Notes under the pieces: model-generated
Told to the model about the DNA's origin: nothing
The model's database searches: none
The model's input: the letters and a program-made list of their open reading frames with translations, nothing else
Position numbers and translations under genes: made by a program
Part shown: in pieces, positions 26,015 through 35,704 of the stretch
Numbering within the stretch: the stretch's first letter is position 1
Layout: each line of letters opens with the position of its first letter
Source: Bdellovibrionales bacterium
GTDB taxonomy: Bacteria > Bdellovibrionota > Bdellovibrionia > Bdellovibrionales > UBA1609
NCBI GenBank assembly: GCA_041690295.1
Contig: JAWLHR010000026.1
Location: 1-35,737, forward strand
Length of the DNA stretch: 35,737 bases
Reading direction: 5' to 3'

Positions 26015-26467
26015 ATGGGAGTCAACCTGCAACATAAGAGTTCCATCGCTCAGGCCATAAATCATGACTGTGAGCTGATTATGGAAGCGGTCCGGCGACT
26101 GATCGACGGGACATGGCGACTTCAGGATGATGATCAATCTTATTCATGGGAGCTTTTTCCACGGGTTCGCAGTTCCCTGATCGAGCACGTGACACTGGAG
26201 GAAGTCACGGTTTTACCCAAGCTATCTCCCCAGGAACGGGAGCGACATCGCTTGGATCATCGCCGGTTACTGGCTCAGCTCTGGGCGGTTGAGCAGGCTT
26301 TGGTTGAAATGAGGGCGGAAACTTTCCGGGGTCTTCTCAGGGTGCTTCAAGGAATGATTCAGGAACATCACCAGCATTTCACCGCGGCCCTTGATGACCG
26401 GGATGATTCCACACCATGTGAAGCCGAAATCAGTATATTAACCCGTGTCCGCGAAAACGTGCTTTAA
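26015..26467 (+). CDS. Hemerythrin-like (HHE) domain protein
   Basis: EHVTLEE..VLP, HRLDH, EHH; GGAGG RBS. Confidence 0.7.
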   Translation: MGVNLQHKSSIAQAINHDCELIMEAVRRLIDGTWRLQDDDQSYSWELFPRVRSSLIEHVTLEEVTVLPKLSPQERERHRLDHRRLLAQLWAVEQALVEMRAETFRGLLRVLQGMIQEHHQHFTAALDDRDDSTPCEAEISILTRVRENVL

Positions 26468-26482
26468 AAAAGGAGAGTCAAA

Positions 26483-27061
26483 ATGGGTTCACCGGAACTG
26501 AATTTGAAAGATCTCACTTCTCGAAAAATTTCCGTATACGATCCCTTCGCGGATTTTCTCTCCTCCAGTGACGAGGAAAAGAAATTCGACATCAGTCTTT
26601 TGGATGTGATTCATTTCGCAGGTCACGCCTGTCCCTCGATTGTGGGCTCTTTCTTGATTTCACAGCGTGTGGTGAAAGAGCTTTTCCCTGAGACGAATGT
26701 TTGTGTGCGGGGCGAAGTGGCCATAGATATTCCCTTGGCCGCTACAGAGCGCGCCACTGGACCGATTTCAAATGTGTTCGGATATATTTTTGGTGCATGG
26801 GGTGAGTCGGGGTTTGGCGGTCTGCAAGGTCGATTCGCCCGACGAGGACTTTTACGTTATTCGGTGCGAGAGGTGCCGGAAGGGGCTTACCGGTTCCGAA
26901 ATCTAAACACTGGAAAATGCATAGATGTGTTTTATGACCCAAGCCGCGCGAACTTCGAGCCTCTGCCGGAGGAACCATTTCAGAAGCAATGGAGGCGAAA
27001 AAACAAAGCCATCCTTGAGAATCAAGACGATGTCTTAAAGGTTCGAATTGTATCGGGTTAA
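26483..27061 (+). CDS. FmdE-like protein
   Basis: HFAGHACPSIVG, GFGGLQGRFARR; AGGAG RBS. Confidence 0.75.
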   Translation: MGSPELNLKDLTSRKISVYDPFADFLSSSDEEKKFDISLLDVIHFAGHACPSIVGSFLISQRVVKELFPETNVCVRGEVAIDIPLAATERATGPISNVFGYIFGAWGESGFGGLQGRFARRGLLRYSVREVPEGAYRFRNLNTGKCIDVFYDPSRANFEPLPEEPFQKQWRRKNKAILENQDDVLKVRIVSG

Positions 27062-27109
27062 GCTCGACATTTCGCTAAACGCGGCATACAAAACAGAGCG
27101 GAGGCTTTT

Positions 27110-27550
27110 GTGGAGAAATCGCGCCGCGACCGGGTCAGTGTTGTCGTCGTTCACAATAATCAGATTCTTGGATTCCACGCGGAAGATCCACACAATCGCA
27201 AAAAGTATTTTTTTCTTCCCGGTGGATTGATTGAACCTGGCGAATCTCCGGCCGAGGCGGCCTTAAGGGAAACTCTTGAAGAAACGGGCTATACGATAAA
27301 GCTGATTGAAGGGATCAGCGCCGAGCGACGTTACGACTTTGAGTGGAACGGCCGGATGAATGACTGTGTGACTTTGTTTTTGGCTGGCCGTTTGCTTAAT
27401 GAAGAAGCCGAGAAAGTTGACGATGCCCCTTACCATCGAGGTGTGGAGTGGGTCCCGATCGAAAGAGTGAGAACAGTATTCAGTTACCATAAGGACATTC
27501 TCGAACCGATCGAGGAGATCATTAACCGCCTTGGAGTGAAACCCACATGA
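27110..27550 (+). CDS. NUDIX hydrolase
   Basis: Nudix box PGGLIEPGESPAEAALRETLEETGY. Confidence 0.95.
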   Translation: MEKSRRDRVSVVVVHNNQILGFHAEDPHNRKKYFFLPGGLIEPGESPAEAALRETLEETGYTIKLIEGISAERRYDFEWNGRMNDCVTLFLAGRLLNEEAEKVDDAPYHRGVEWVPIERVRTVFSYHKDILEPIEEIINRLGVKPT

Positions 27551-28323
27551 ACTGGGAGTTGATTTTTCTCGGAAGTGCCGTGACCGTTTTTTCAACCGGT
27601 TTGGGAGCGCTTCCAGCTTTGGGTCTCTCGTATATTTCAGACCGCGCGAAGAATGTGCTCATGGGATTTAGTGCGGGTGTGATGTTGGCCGCGTCCTCAT
27701 TCTCGTTGATCATTCCCGCGCTTGAGCTCGGGGCCAAAGAGGCGGAGAGCAAGGGATTCGGCGCCCTGTGGACGGCCTTATTTATTTTATTCGGCGCCCT
27801 CTTTTTGTATCTTTGTAATCGTTGGATTCCGCATGAGCACTTTGTTTCTGGTCGCGAGGGTGGATTCTCAAGTTTACAATTAAAGCGGATTTGGCTCTTT
27901 GTGATTGCGATCACCCTTCACAATTTTCCCGAAGGTTTGGCGGTAGGGAGCGGGGTTGGAAGTCACGATGTTGCCATCGCCCTTCCCATATTGGCTGGGA
28001 TCGGGCTTCAGGATTTTCCAGAGGGATTTGTGGTGGCCGTGGCCTTGATGAGCGTCAACTACTCCAAATGGGAAAGTTTGATCGTGGCTGTGGTCACGGG
28101 CCTGGTCGAGGCCGTTGCGGCGATTTTAGGTTTTATGGCCACGTCATTCTTTCAACCGTTACTGCCTTGGATGCTGGCGTTTTCCGGCGGGGCAATGATC
28201 TACGTTGTCGTGGAAGAGGTTATCCCCGAGGTTCAACAAAAGAGCATTGCAAGTGACGCCTCCGCCGGAATGATGATCGGCTTCGTTCTTATGATGTTTC
28301 TCGATGTGGTTTTGAGTGTTTGA
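27547..28323 (+). CDS. ZIP family (GufA/ZupT-like) metal transporter
   Basis: TGLGALP, GFSAGVMLAAS, PHEH, LHNFPEGLAVG, QDFPEG, GAMIYVV..E.IPE; ATGA-coupled to the NUDIX gene. Confidence 0.95.
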   Translation: MNWELIFLGSAVTVFSTGLGALPALGLSYISDRAKNVLMGFSAGVMLAASSFSLIIPALELGAKEAESKGFGALWTALFILFGALFLYLCNRWIPHEHFVSGREGGFSSLQLKRIWLFVIAITLHNFPEGLAVGSGVGSHDVAIALPILAGIGLQDFPEGFVVAVALMSVNYSKWESLIVAVVTGLVEAVAAILGFMATSFFQPLLPWMLAFSGGAMIYVVVEEVIPEVQQKSIASDASAGMMIGFVLMMFLDVVLSV

Positions 28324-28364
28324 TTCGCTCAATGGCCGTGCGGGTGCATTCGGTATAAGTCCGT

Positions 28365-29096
28365 TTAACTCGAAAATCTATAGGATTTAGGATCCCATGA
28401 GACTTTCAAGCGATGGTTTTTCGGTCGGGCAAACAGGACTTCGACTTTGCCGGCTTGCCGAGGGTCTTTATATAAAAAGAGAGCTTTATTGAAGACTTTC
28501 AAGTCCAGAGGATTGACGAGCTTTACGTCGTCCATCGTGGGTCTCTTATCGGCTCTGTACTCCACCGCACGTTGAACCTGAGTGAGAAAGATGATTATGC
28601 AACCTTTCTCTTTGGCGAATGAGTGCAACTTCGCAACTTGTTCCTGTATCGGGGGATGACTTCGCTTATGGTCCAATAGCTGAAGGTAGTCGACAATAAT
28701 CACGGAACCAGAAGAAACAGAATCATTCGCTTTCCGCACGATGTAATCGGCGCAAATGTCATCGGAATAATCCAGCGACAGTCTTTCATTCGCCTCTCCG
28801 ATGGACTCGTCGTAGCTGGCAATTCTCCGTGCGATCTCTTGATGCGTGAGATCCAATGTGAATAGAAAATGTTTGGCCTCGAGGGTTTGAATGGCTTGAA
28901 CGAAAAGCCCAATCGCAAAACTGGTCTTACCCATTGACGGTCGGCCGCCAATCATCACCAGATCGCCCGGATTGAGGAAATCAAGAATTTCATCATAGGA
29001 GCGGGGGAGTGGATCTTCATTCTTGGCGAGCAAAAGCGACCAGGAATTATATCCTTCACGTTTGGCGATAATGTTCAGCGCTTCAACCCCAATCAA
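28365..29096 (-). CDS. Short DnaB-like helicase C-terminal domain protein, possibly 5'-truncated
   Basis: EALNIIAKREGYNSWSLL, Walker A GGRPSMGKT, IVDYLQLLD, FLTQV; TTG start without an RBS. Confidence 0.8.
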   Translation of the reverse strand: MIGVEALNIIAKREGYNSWSLLLAKNEDPLPRSYDEILDFLNPGDLVMIGGRPSMGKTSFAIGLFVQAIQTLEAKHFLFTLDLTHQEIARRIASYDESIGEANERLSLDYSDDICADYIVRKANDSVSSGSVIIVDYLQLLDHKRSHPPIQEQVAKLHSFAKEKGCIIIFLTQVQRAVEYRADKRPTMDDVKLVNPLDLKVFNKALFLYKDPRQAGKVEVLFARPKNHRLKVSWDPKSYRFSS

Positions 29097-29294
29097 AGGT
29101 TTGAATTGAATTTGAAGTTTGATTCCGCACTTCAGTGCTTTCCCAAGTGAAGGGGGGTGGCATGAATCGATACCAGAGAGAATGATACCAACAGATCTTT
29201 TGAAGAATCAAGAGTGCCGAAATCCTCAACCGCAAGGAATCATTGATTTTTAAGACTATTCTTGATTGCCTATTTAGATAAGTAGGATGGCGAC

Positions 29295-31694
29295 GTGATT
29301 TGGAGCACCGGGGGCTTTCGCTTCTTTTTCCTTAGTTTCGGCCTTTTTGTCTTTCATGTTCTTCTATATCCCGTTTCCGAGGTCGTGCTGAATACGCATT
29401 CACTTTTTCTGGTTTTCGGCGTGGCTCCAATGGGACTCGCCCTTGGCCACCTTTCACTTATCTTTTTCCGCAAGCTTCGTGGGAGTTCCCGCGCCGAGCC
29501 GTTTTATGGATTCGTGCTTGGAGCGCTCATTCTTTCCAGTTTCATGGTCGCCGCTCTTTTAAAGAAACGCGAACTTAATTCCATCGTTTTGGGTGAAAAC
29601 TGGAAGGCGGATGAGTTTTACTCCACCATCGTCACTCTGGCCTGGTCCAATGCGACTCCTTTGGCGCTGGTGATGTCTCTGCCGTTTGTGTTTTTTGGCT
29701 TTGTATTTTCGTGGTTCATCGCTTCTCGGCCAACGGATCAGTTAGTAAAGTTAATTTTTCTTGAAATGCTTGGTGCCTTCGCGGGTTCGTTTTCGGCCCC
29801 GTATGTTCTTGATGCGTTCGGTTTCGCGACGACGTTAAACTTGACCTTAATCTCACTGACGATGGCGTGCATCCCATGGCCGTTAAAAACGAGTTTTCGC
29901 TACTGGTGGCCTGTGGTCACCTTACTTCTGATCACCGCGATTGTTCCTTATTCCTCAAAGGCCTATCTGGAACCTTCTCCACATCCGTCGGTTATTGGGC
30001 GCGATTATAAACTCAAAAGAAATATGGAAGAAATATCTTCCTCATGGACGACCTATGGTCGGACGAGTCTGATTCGATGGACATCTCCTTCTGGTCATCC
30101 TAGGTATCTCGTTGGTCTCAATAATGGTGAGTGCAATGCGAATGTGTATTCCGATACGCCCAAGTTCAACGACTTCACTGTCGACCTTTCCTTTGCTCTC
30201 GGATCTCCGGAATCAATGTTAGTTTTGTTCGCGGGAACGGGACGAGAAATTTCGCATGCGCTTGAGTATCAGCCGGTACCATCTCGGATTGTTGGAGTTG
30301 AAATCAATCCGACAATTTTAAGGATGGCCTCGGAATTGGTGGGTGATTCACCTCAGCGACTGGTGCAGGCGGACGCGCGCCAATTTTTGGAAACAAACAC
30401 CGAGAAATTCGACGTGATACTTTACTCATGGAGCGGAGCTTCTGTCGCCCACCACTTGGGAACCATCGGACATACCACTCAATATTCATATACCTTTGAG
30501 GCGTTGAAGTCCGCGATGGGCAAGCTGACATCGACGGGCTTCATGCTTTTCATGAATACCAATAAGATTAATCTTATTGCCGCTTTTCGAGAGATTCTCG
30601 ATGGTGATGTGAGCCGCCAAGTCATCTTACTCTACCATCCCGATCGATCGAATGATTGGCGACGTGGATGGGAAGATCTGAGACTGCTTGTTAAGCCGTC
30701 TGGGTTTTCAGATGAGGATGTCGCGAAAATCGGCAAGGCCGCGGCTCAACACGGATATAAAGTGGCGGTCGCACCAGATTTGGAACCACATCCAGATTTT
30801 CTCGTTCATCAACGGCTTCTGCGAGAATCAAATTGGCGTTCCTATCTCAGAGATCTTTCTGAAAAAGAAGGTATTTATTTCGGACCTTACTATGACAACC
30901 GACCATATGTCATGTTGCACACCTTACCTCTCGATTTAGGTTCCTTGAGTTTCTGGGCAAAAACAATGAAGTCATTGTTCAGCGATGCACGACTCAACTC
31001 GCGGCCTAAGATGGCGATGTTTAGTCTTCTTATCGGGGGCAGCCTAGCGTTGATTGGAATTGCGCTTATTTTTATAAGGGCATGGAACCGGCGGCGGTTG
31101 TCGTTAGGCGTACTCGAGGAAATCTCCCTTCCCTTGAGACTTTGGATCTGGGGCGCGGCATTTTTCGCGTTTGAAATCGCGTTTATACAGATGCTCGCGC
31201 TTTTCTTCGGCACTCCGACCCATGCGATCGCTATGGGCGTGGGCGTTCTTTTGCTTGGCTCCGGACTGGGGGCTTTGATTTTTGAAAAACGCCCGCGATT
31301 TTGGGGGACGGCCTTGTTTTTGCCTGCGGGTATCTTGGGTCTACTGATGATTTTTCAATTCTATGCGAATGAATTCTTTTTTCTTCCGTACGTGCTTCGG
31401 ATTGTGGCGATTTCCATTCCTGGATTCGCATCGGCGATTGCCTCGGGATATTTTTATTCCCGTTATATGAAAAGCATGCGAGGTCTTTCGCAGGGTCAAG
31501 GAGCCATCGGTCTTGCATCTAATGCCTTTGGTGCCGCGGCCGCGATATGTATCGGCCCCCTTATTTTGGAAAATCACGGCACAACTCAACTGGCGATCTG
31601 CGCTTTGGTTCTTTATCTCACCGGATTCGTAATCACAGTATTAGAGGCATTGATTCCCAAGGCGGGAAATGTCACGGGACTGGAGGCCTCATGA
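29295..31694 (+). CDS. Polytopic membrane protein with a central spermidine-synthase-like SAM-binding domain
   Basis: N- and C-terminal TM bundles; LVLFAGTGRE, VGVEINP, DARQFL, KFDVI, YTFEA, DNRPY. Confidence 0.85.
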   Translation: MIWSTGGFRFFFLSFGLFVFHVLLYPVSEVVLNTHSLFLVFGVAPMGLALGHLSLIFFRKLRGSSRAEPFYGFVLGALILSSFMVAALLKKRELNSIVLGENWKADEFYSTIVTLAWSNATPLALVMSLPFVFFGFVFSWFIASRPTDQLVKLIFLEMLGAFAGSFSAPYVLDAFGFATTLNLTLISLTMACIPWPLKTSFRYWWPVVTLLLITAIVPYSSKAYLEPSPHPSVIGRDYKLKRNMEEISSSWTTYGRTSLIRWTSPSGHPRYLVGLNNGECNANVYSDTPKFNDFTVDLSFALGSPESMLVLFAGTGREISHALEYQPVPSRIVGVEINPTILRMASELVGDSPQRLVQADARQFLETNTEKFDVILYSWSGASVAHHLGTIGHTTQYSYTFEALKSAMGKLTSTGFMLFMNTNKINLIAAFREILDGDVSRQVILLYHPDRSNDWRRGWEDLRLLVKPSGFSDEDVAKIGKAAAQHGYKVAVAPDLEPHPDFLVHQRLLRESNWRSYLRDLSEKEGIYFGPYYDNRPYVMLHTLPLDLGSLSFWAKTMKSLFSDARLNSRPKMAMFSLLIGGSLALIGIALIFIRAWNRRRLSLGVLEEISLPLRLWIWGAAFFAFEIAFIQMLALFFGTPTHAIAMGVGVLLLGSGLGALIFEKRPRFWGTALFLPAGILGLLMIFQFYANEFFFLPYVLRIVAISIPGFASAIASGYFYSRYMKSMRGLSQGQGAIGLASNAFGAAAAICIGPLILENHGTTQLAICALVLYLTGFVITVLEALIPKAGNVTGLEAS

Positions 31695-33586
31695 AGAGTC
31701 TTACCAAAGAGCAAAAATCGGCGGCATCCCATCTCTATGGTCCCGTGCGAGTCATCGCCGGTGCGGGCACAGGTAAGACCACAACGCTGGCGAATCGGGT
31801 GGCGAATCTGATTAGAAGCGGCATTCCACCTAAAGAGATTGTCGCTTTGACCTTCACTCGAAGAGCGGGCAACGAACTCAGGCACCGGCTGAAGGCGATG
31901 AAAGTTAAAGGGCATCAAGCCATTTATGCGGGAACCTTTCATGCCTTCGCGTTCGGCAATATGCTGCGCCACTTTCGCGATTTCGGCTTTAACGTGCGGC
32001 CGGTGATTCTGGATGAGGCGGATTCCAAAGAGGTCTTTAAATTAATCCGTGGCCAGATGGCCAATCGGGGGGCTTTGCCAAAGGCAGCGCAGCTCGTTCG
32101 CATACAAAATTTTGTGGTTTCCCATGGTTTATCGGTGGCGAAGGCGGTGGCTCGGGTTTGCCCGGAATATCGCGACAGTGTCGAGGCCATAAAGTTCTCG
32201 CTTCAGGAATACGAAAGTTACAAGCGTAAAAATGACCGCCTCGACTTCAACGATATTTTGTTGAGGTTCATTGAGGGCCTGACTTTGAGTCCGGATCTTC
32301 GGGATAAAATCAATGGTTCATATCGCTTCATTCATGTTGATGAGTATCAGGATACAAATCCGATCCAGGCCCAGGTGGTCAGTCTTCTCGCTGGGCCCGA
32401 TAAAAATGTGTTCGTGGTCGGCGACAATTATCAGGCGATTTACTCTTTTACGGGTGCCTCGGTCGAAAACATTGAAGAATTTCATCATCTTTTTCGCGGG
32501 ACTAAAACTTATTTTCTGACTCATAATTTTCGTAGCACCCAAGAAATACTCAATCTCTCGAACGCCGTGATGGCGAGAGCCAAAACACCGCTTAAAAAGA
32601 AGCTTGTGTCTTCAAGGGGAACTGGTCATACACCTCAAGTGATAAGGCCGGCGGACCATGAAGAAGAGGCCTATGTCATCGCCGATCAGATCGAAGAAAT
32701 GTTGCGGGCCAAGTCCGTGCCGCCAAAAGAGATCGCCGTGCTTTATCGCAGTGGTTGGCAATCAAATCTTTTGGAACTTGAGCTGAATCGAAGGAAAATT
32801 CCTTATAAGAAATACGGCGGTCTGCGAATCACCGAGTCGGCCCACTTTAAGCTCTTTCTGAGCACACTTAAAATCATTAGCCATCTCTCAGAAGACATCT
32901 CGTGGGTTCGTGTTTTGACGGTTTTGGATCGAATCGGGGAGAAAGCGGCATTGAGAATTCATGAGGCCTATAAAGCGCAAGGCTCACTTTGGCCTTTGCC
33001 GGGCCGGATGAAGGTTCCGGAGTCGACGGCCAAGGCGTTAAAGAGACTCCACTCACTCATGAAAAGACCATTGAATAAGTATGAGGCCTTCGAGTCCGCG
33101 TTGAAATTCGTTTCTCCATATATTAAGTCCGAGTATCCCGAAAATTGGAAGTCACGAATTCAAGATATCAAATCCCTTGAAGCGGCATTGGATAATCATG
33201 AGGACGTGTTTGGATTTATTTCGGACCTCACGCTGGAGCCTGTTCAACACAAAGACGATGTGAATAGCGATCAGGTCATTACTTTAAGCACCATTCACTC
33301 CGCGAAAGGACTGGAATGGAAGTCAGTGACCATCATGGGTGTTCTCGATGGCATCTTACCGAGCGATCGAAGCCGCACGCTGAAGGAGATCGAAGAGGAG
33401 CGCCGGATTCTCTACGTGGCACTGACTCGGGCCAAGGACAAACTTACGATTTCAATTCCGTCGTTCGTTAGCCCTGGATGGACCTTTTTTACCCGTGAAT
33501 CCCGCTTCCTCGCCGGCTTGAAAACCGGTTTATTCGAAGAAATCGACAAATTGGGCGACGATGACGCTGATGTCTGGTCAGCGTGA
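31691..33586 (+). CDS. UvrD/Rep/PcrA family ATP-dependent helicase
   Basis: AGAGTGKT, TFTRRA, GTFH, VDEYQDTN, VGDNYQAIYSF, NFRST, STIHSAKGLEW, EEERRILYVALTRA; ATG 31691 overlaps the upstream stop; GGAGG RBS. Confidence 0.96.
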   Translation: MKSLTKEQKSAASHLYGPVRVIAGAGTGKTTTLANRVANLIRSGIPPKEIVALTFTRRAGNELRHRLKAMKVKGHQAIYAGTFHAFAFGNMLRHFRDFGFNVRPVILDEADSKEVFKLIRGQMANRGALPKAAQLVRIQNFVVSHGLSVAKAVARVCPEYRDSVEAIKFSLQEYESYKRKNDRLDFNDILLRFIEGLTLSPDLRDKINGSYRFIHVDEYQDTNPIQAQVVSLLAGPDKNVFVVGDNYQAIYSFTGASVENIEEFHHLFRGTKTYFLTHNFRSTQEILNLSNAVMARAKTPLKKKLVSSRGTGHTPQVIRPADHEEEAYVIADQIEEMLRAKSVPPKEIAVLYRSGWQSNLLELELNRRKIPYKKYGGLRITESAHFKLFLSTLKIISHLSEDISWVRVLTVLDRIGEKAALRIHEAYKAQGSLWPLPGRMKVPESTAKALKRLHSLMKRPLNKYEAFESALKFVSPYIKSEYPENWKSRIQDIKSLEAALDNHEDVFGFISDLTLEPVQHKDDVNSDQVITLSTIHSAKGLEWKSVTIMGVLDGILPSDRSRTLKEIEEERRILYVALTRAKDKLTISIPSFVSPGWTFFTRESRFLAGLKTGLFEEIDKLGDDDADVWSA

Positions 33587-33938
33587 GACTTAGAGATAGA
33601 GGTTTGACTCGCAACCCATTCAGTCAGAACCGCCAAACACCCCCGAGAATGTAGAGTTCACGTTTTCTTAAAACTGTCGTGGTCGATCATGCGGTCACGT
33701 CCCCCGAATAAAACCTTAGTACGGCATCTGAAAATACCCGTTATTAGGAGTAGATCTCGCCGGACCAAAGTCGACCCTTTGAAGATAATCTTCTTAAGCC
33801 AGTTGGAGTTTAGGACAATTTAAACAATACTATTCTTGATGTAAGTTGGATGTTCGCCGCCGCCTGATTTTGATCACGCTCCTCTTCTTGTTCGAAGCTC
33901 CAAAGGACAACCGCATACGATCGCACCACGGCGAAAAA

Positions 33939-35330
33939 ATGAATTTCTTAATTCGATTTGCTCTTATCTTTTCCCTGGCCAATTGCTCATTGGCTTATGG
34001 GCAGTTTGTACCATTCGCGTTTTTCAAACAGCCGCAGAACAATGCCTGTCAAAGTGGTGGGGTCAAGGTGAGCGATTATTGCTGGTATGCGGGGGCGAGT
34101 AATGAGCATTGCGATACGGTCTGTGGAAATGTGGGATTGATTTACGATCCGGCCACACGATCGTTCGCGGGCAGTGATGGTACGAATAGTAATTGTCAGG
34201 AGGTTCTTGATGCGCTCGGGTTGGGCTCAGGGAGTGTGTCAACGACTTCGAACAATCGGGGATGCCAATTCCGATCAAGTAACAACACCCGTTATAGAGG
34301 CACACAGGCTACAACATCCTCTGGGAGAAGCAGTGGGTATTTGAGGGCGTGCGCCTGCATGGTGGCGGACCGAACGCCGGATGCGATTGATTGGGCGAAT
34401 TTTGATGACAATTCGAGCGTGCAAACGATCACCGGTATTAATACGTCTATAAACGTGCGGATCTCAGTCGTGCTCAACCAGGGAGCGCCCGATGTGTGGT
34501 ACAGAAAAGACGGTGGGAGTTGGACTCTCTTTTCTTCATCGGTCGATGTGAATAATGTCAGTGAAGGCTCGACACTGGAATTTCGCGTGATTGGCAATGT
34601 TGGCGACGCCGCGACGTTCACAATCACAAATCTTTCTGATTCTAACACGGTATTGGATACTGTGACTGGAACCGTGACTATTCCGGCGGACGTGACACCC
34701 GATGCGGTTAATTGGGCGGATTTTTCGGATGTTTCAACGACGCAAACACTGACAGGATTCAATCGAATGCTCTCCATTGAACTTTCGGCGTCCGCGGTGG
34801 TTGGAAACCCCACGGTGAGCTACTCAACTAATGGGGGTTCATCTTGGAATTCGTTGGCCACACCAGTCATATTGAATTCAGTCGGTGAAGGATTTCAATT
34901 GCGGTTCAAAGTCGAAGGAACGCTGTCACACTCGGCGACGATCACGATCAAGAACCTTACCGATTCAAATGCGATCATTGATACGACAGTCGGTACAGTG
35001 GCTTGCTCGGGCGTGATGGCCAATAATAGCTGTTACTATATGTCTAATTCCGGACAAAGCTGCGATGCCAAGTGCAGTTCCTTGGGTAGGACTTGCAATC
35101 TGGCTGGAACACAATTTACCGCCAATATGAATAATAGAATTGGTGCGTACACTGCATGCGAGTATGTGTTTATGGCCCTAGGATATTCGAGGGGAGGGAA
35201 CCAAGGTGTTCAGCAACGGGCCTGGGCGTGCGGATACGCTTCAAGCACGGCGTATTTTTCGTTTGATCTGTCCGTCGTCACTTGCGCCGCCTCACAAGCC
35301 GGTTATCAACGAATTTGCGCTTGTGATTGA
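33939..35330 (+). CDS. Secreted modular protein: Cys-rich domain, two Ig-like repeats, Cys-rich domain
   Basis: Signal peptide from ATG 33939, PFAFFK, CWY...CD.VC...RACAC, DRTPDAIDWANF / DVTPDAVNWADF, CYY...CD.KC...RICAC. Confidence 0.85.
   Translation: MNFLIRFALIFSLANCSLAYGQFVPFAFFKQPQNNACQSGGVKVSDYCWYAGASNEHCDTVCGNVGLIYDPATRSFAGSDGTNSNCQEVLDALGLGSGSVSTTSNNRGCQFRSSNNTRYRGTQATTSSGRSSGYLRACACMVADRTPDAIDWANFDDNSSVQTITGINTSINVRISVVLNQGAPDVWYRKDGGSWTLFSSSVDVNNVSEGSTLEFRVIGNVGDAATFTITNLSDSNTVLDTVTGTVTIPADVTPDAVNWADFSDVSTTQTLTGFNRMLSIELSASAVVGNPTVSYSTNGGSSWNSLATPVILNSVGEGFQLRFKVEGTLSHSATITIKNLTDSNAIIDTTVGTVACSGVMANNSCYYMSNSGQSCDAKCSSLGRTCNLAGTQFTANMNNRIGAYTACEYVFMALGYSRGGNQGVQQRAWACGYASSTAYFSFDLSVVTCAASQAGYQRICACD
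34368..35000 (+). repeat. Two diverged ~107-aa beta-rich repeats
   Basis: Units start at 34368 and 34689 (321 nt apart); shared DxTPDAxxWAxF, QTxTGxN, GGSW, NLxDSN..xDT..GTV. Confidence 0.85.
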
Positions 35331-35353
35331 GCGGGTGTCACTTCCAATAGTGA

Positions 35354-35704
35354 TTAATTTCCGCGCCAAACTTCGATGTCATCGACCCAAAGTTCGACCG
35401 GTGCCGAGGGTTGCGACTTGAGCTCACAGTCGATGTCCGCGATCTTCGTGAACCACTCGGACCATACCGATCCGGCGCTGTAATCGATGATGGCCTGCAC
35501 CCATTGCAACGAAGAGCCCTGTCGGGTGATCAAGCGCGGCATTGAAAAGTCATTGTTGCCCGAACCTCGCGTTTCGCGAGTTCCGGCAAGGGATGTGTCA
35601 TCATATTCGGCTTTGAGTTGCTGCAAGATGGTGCTCGGGGCCGCGTCCCGTTCTTGGTGGAGATTGGCGAGGGTTCGCCAGGACAGGTAAATCTCCCATA
35701 ATTC
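35354..35704 (-). pseudogene. Probable 3' gene remnant, or gene interrupted by a nonsense codon
   Basis: Open frame ELWEIYLSW...VELWVDDIEVWRGN* directly follows an in-frame TAA at 35705-35707; the same frame is open to the window edge (IQLELDEVAA*). Confidence 0.45.

Noticed and set aside
28365..29096. Replicative helicase dnaB
   Set aside because: Only about 240 aa and lacks the DnaB N-terminal domain.
31547..31690. N-terminal extension of the UvrD ORF
   Set aside because: Overlaps the upstream gene; ATG 31691 has an RBS and immediately precedes the LTKEQ Q-motif.
33587..33938. ncRNA or small gene in the 350-nt gap
   Set aside because: No convincing stem-loop, known RNA motif or credible ORF recognised by eye.
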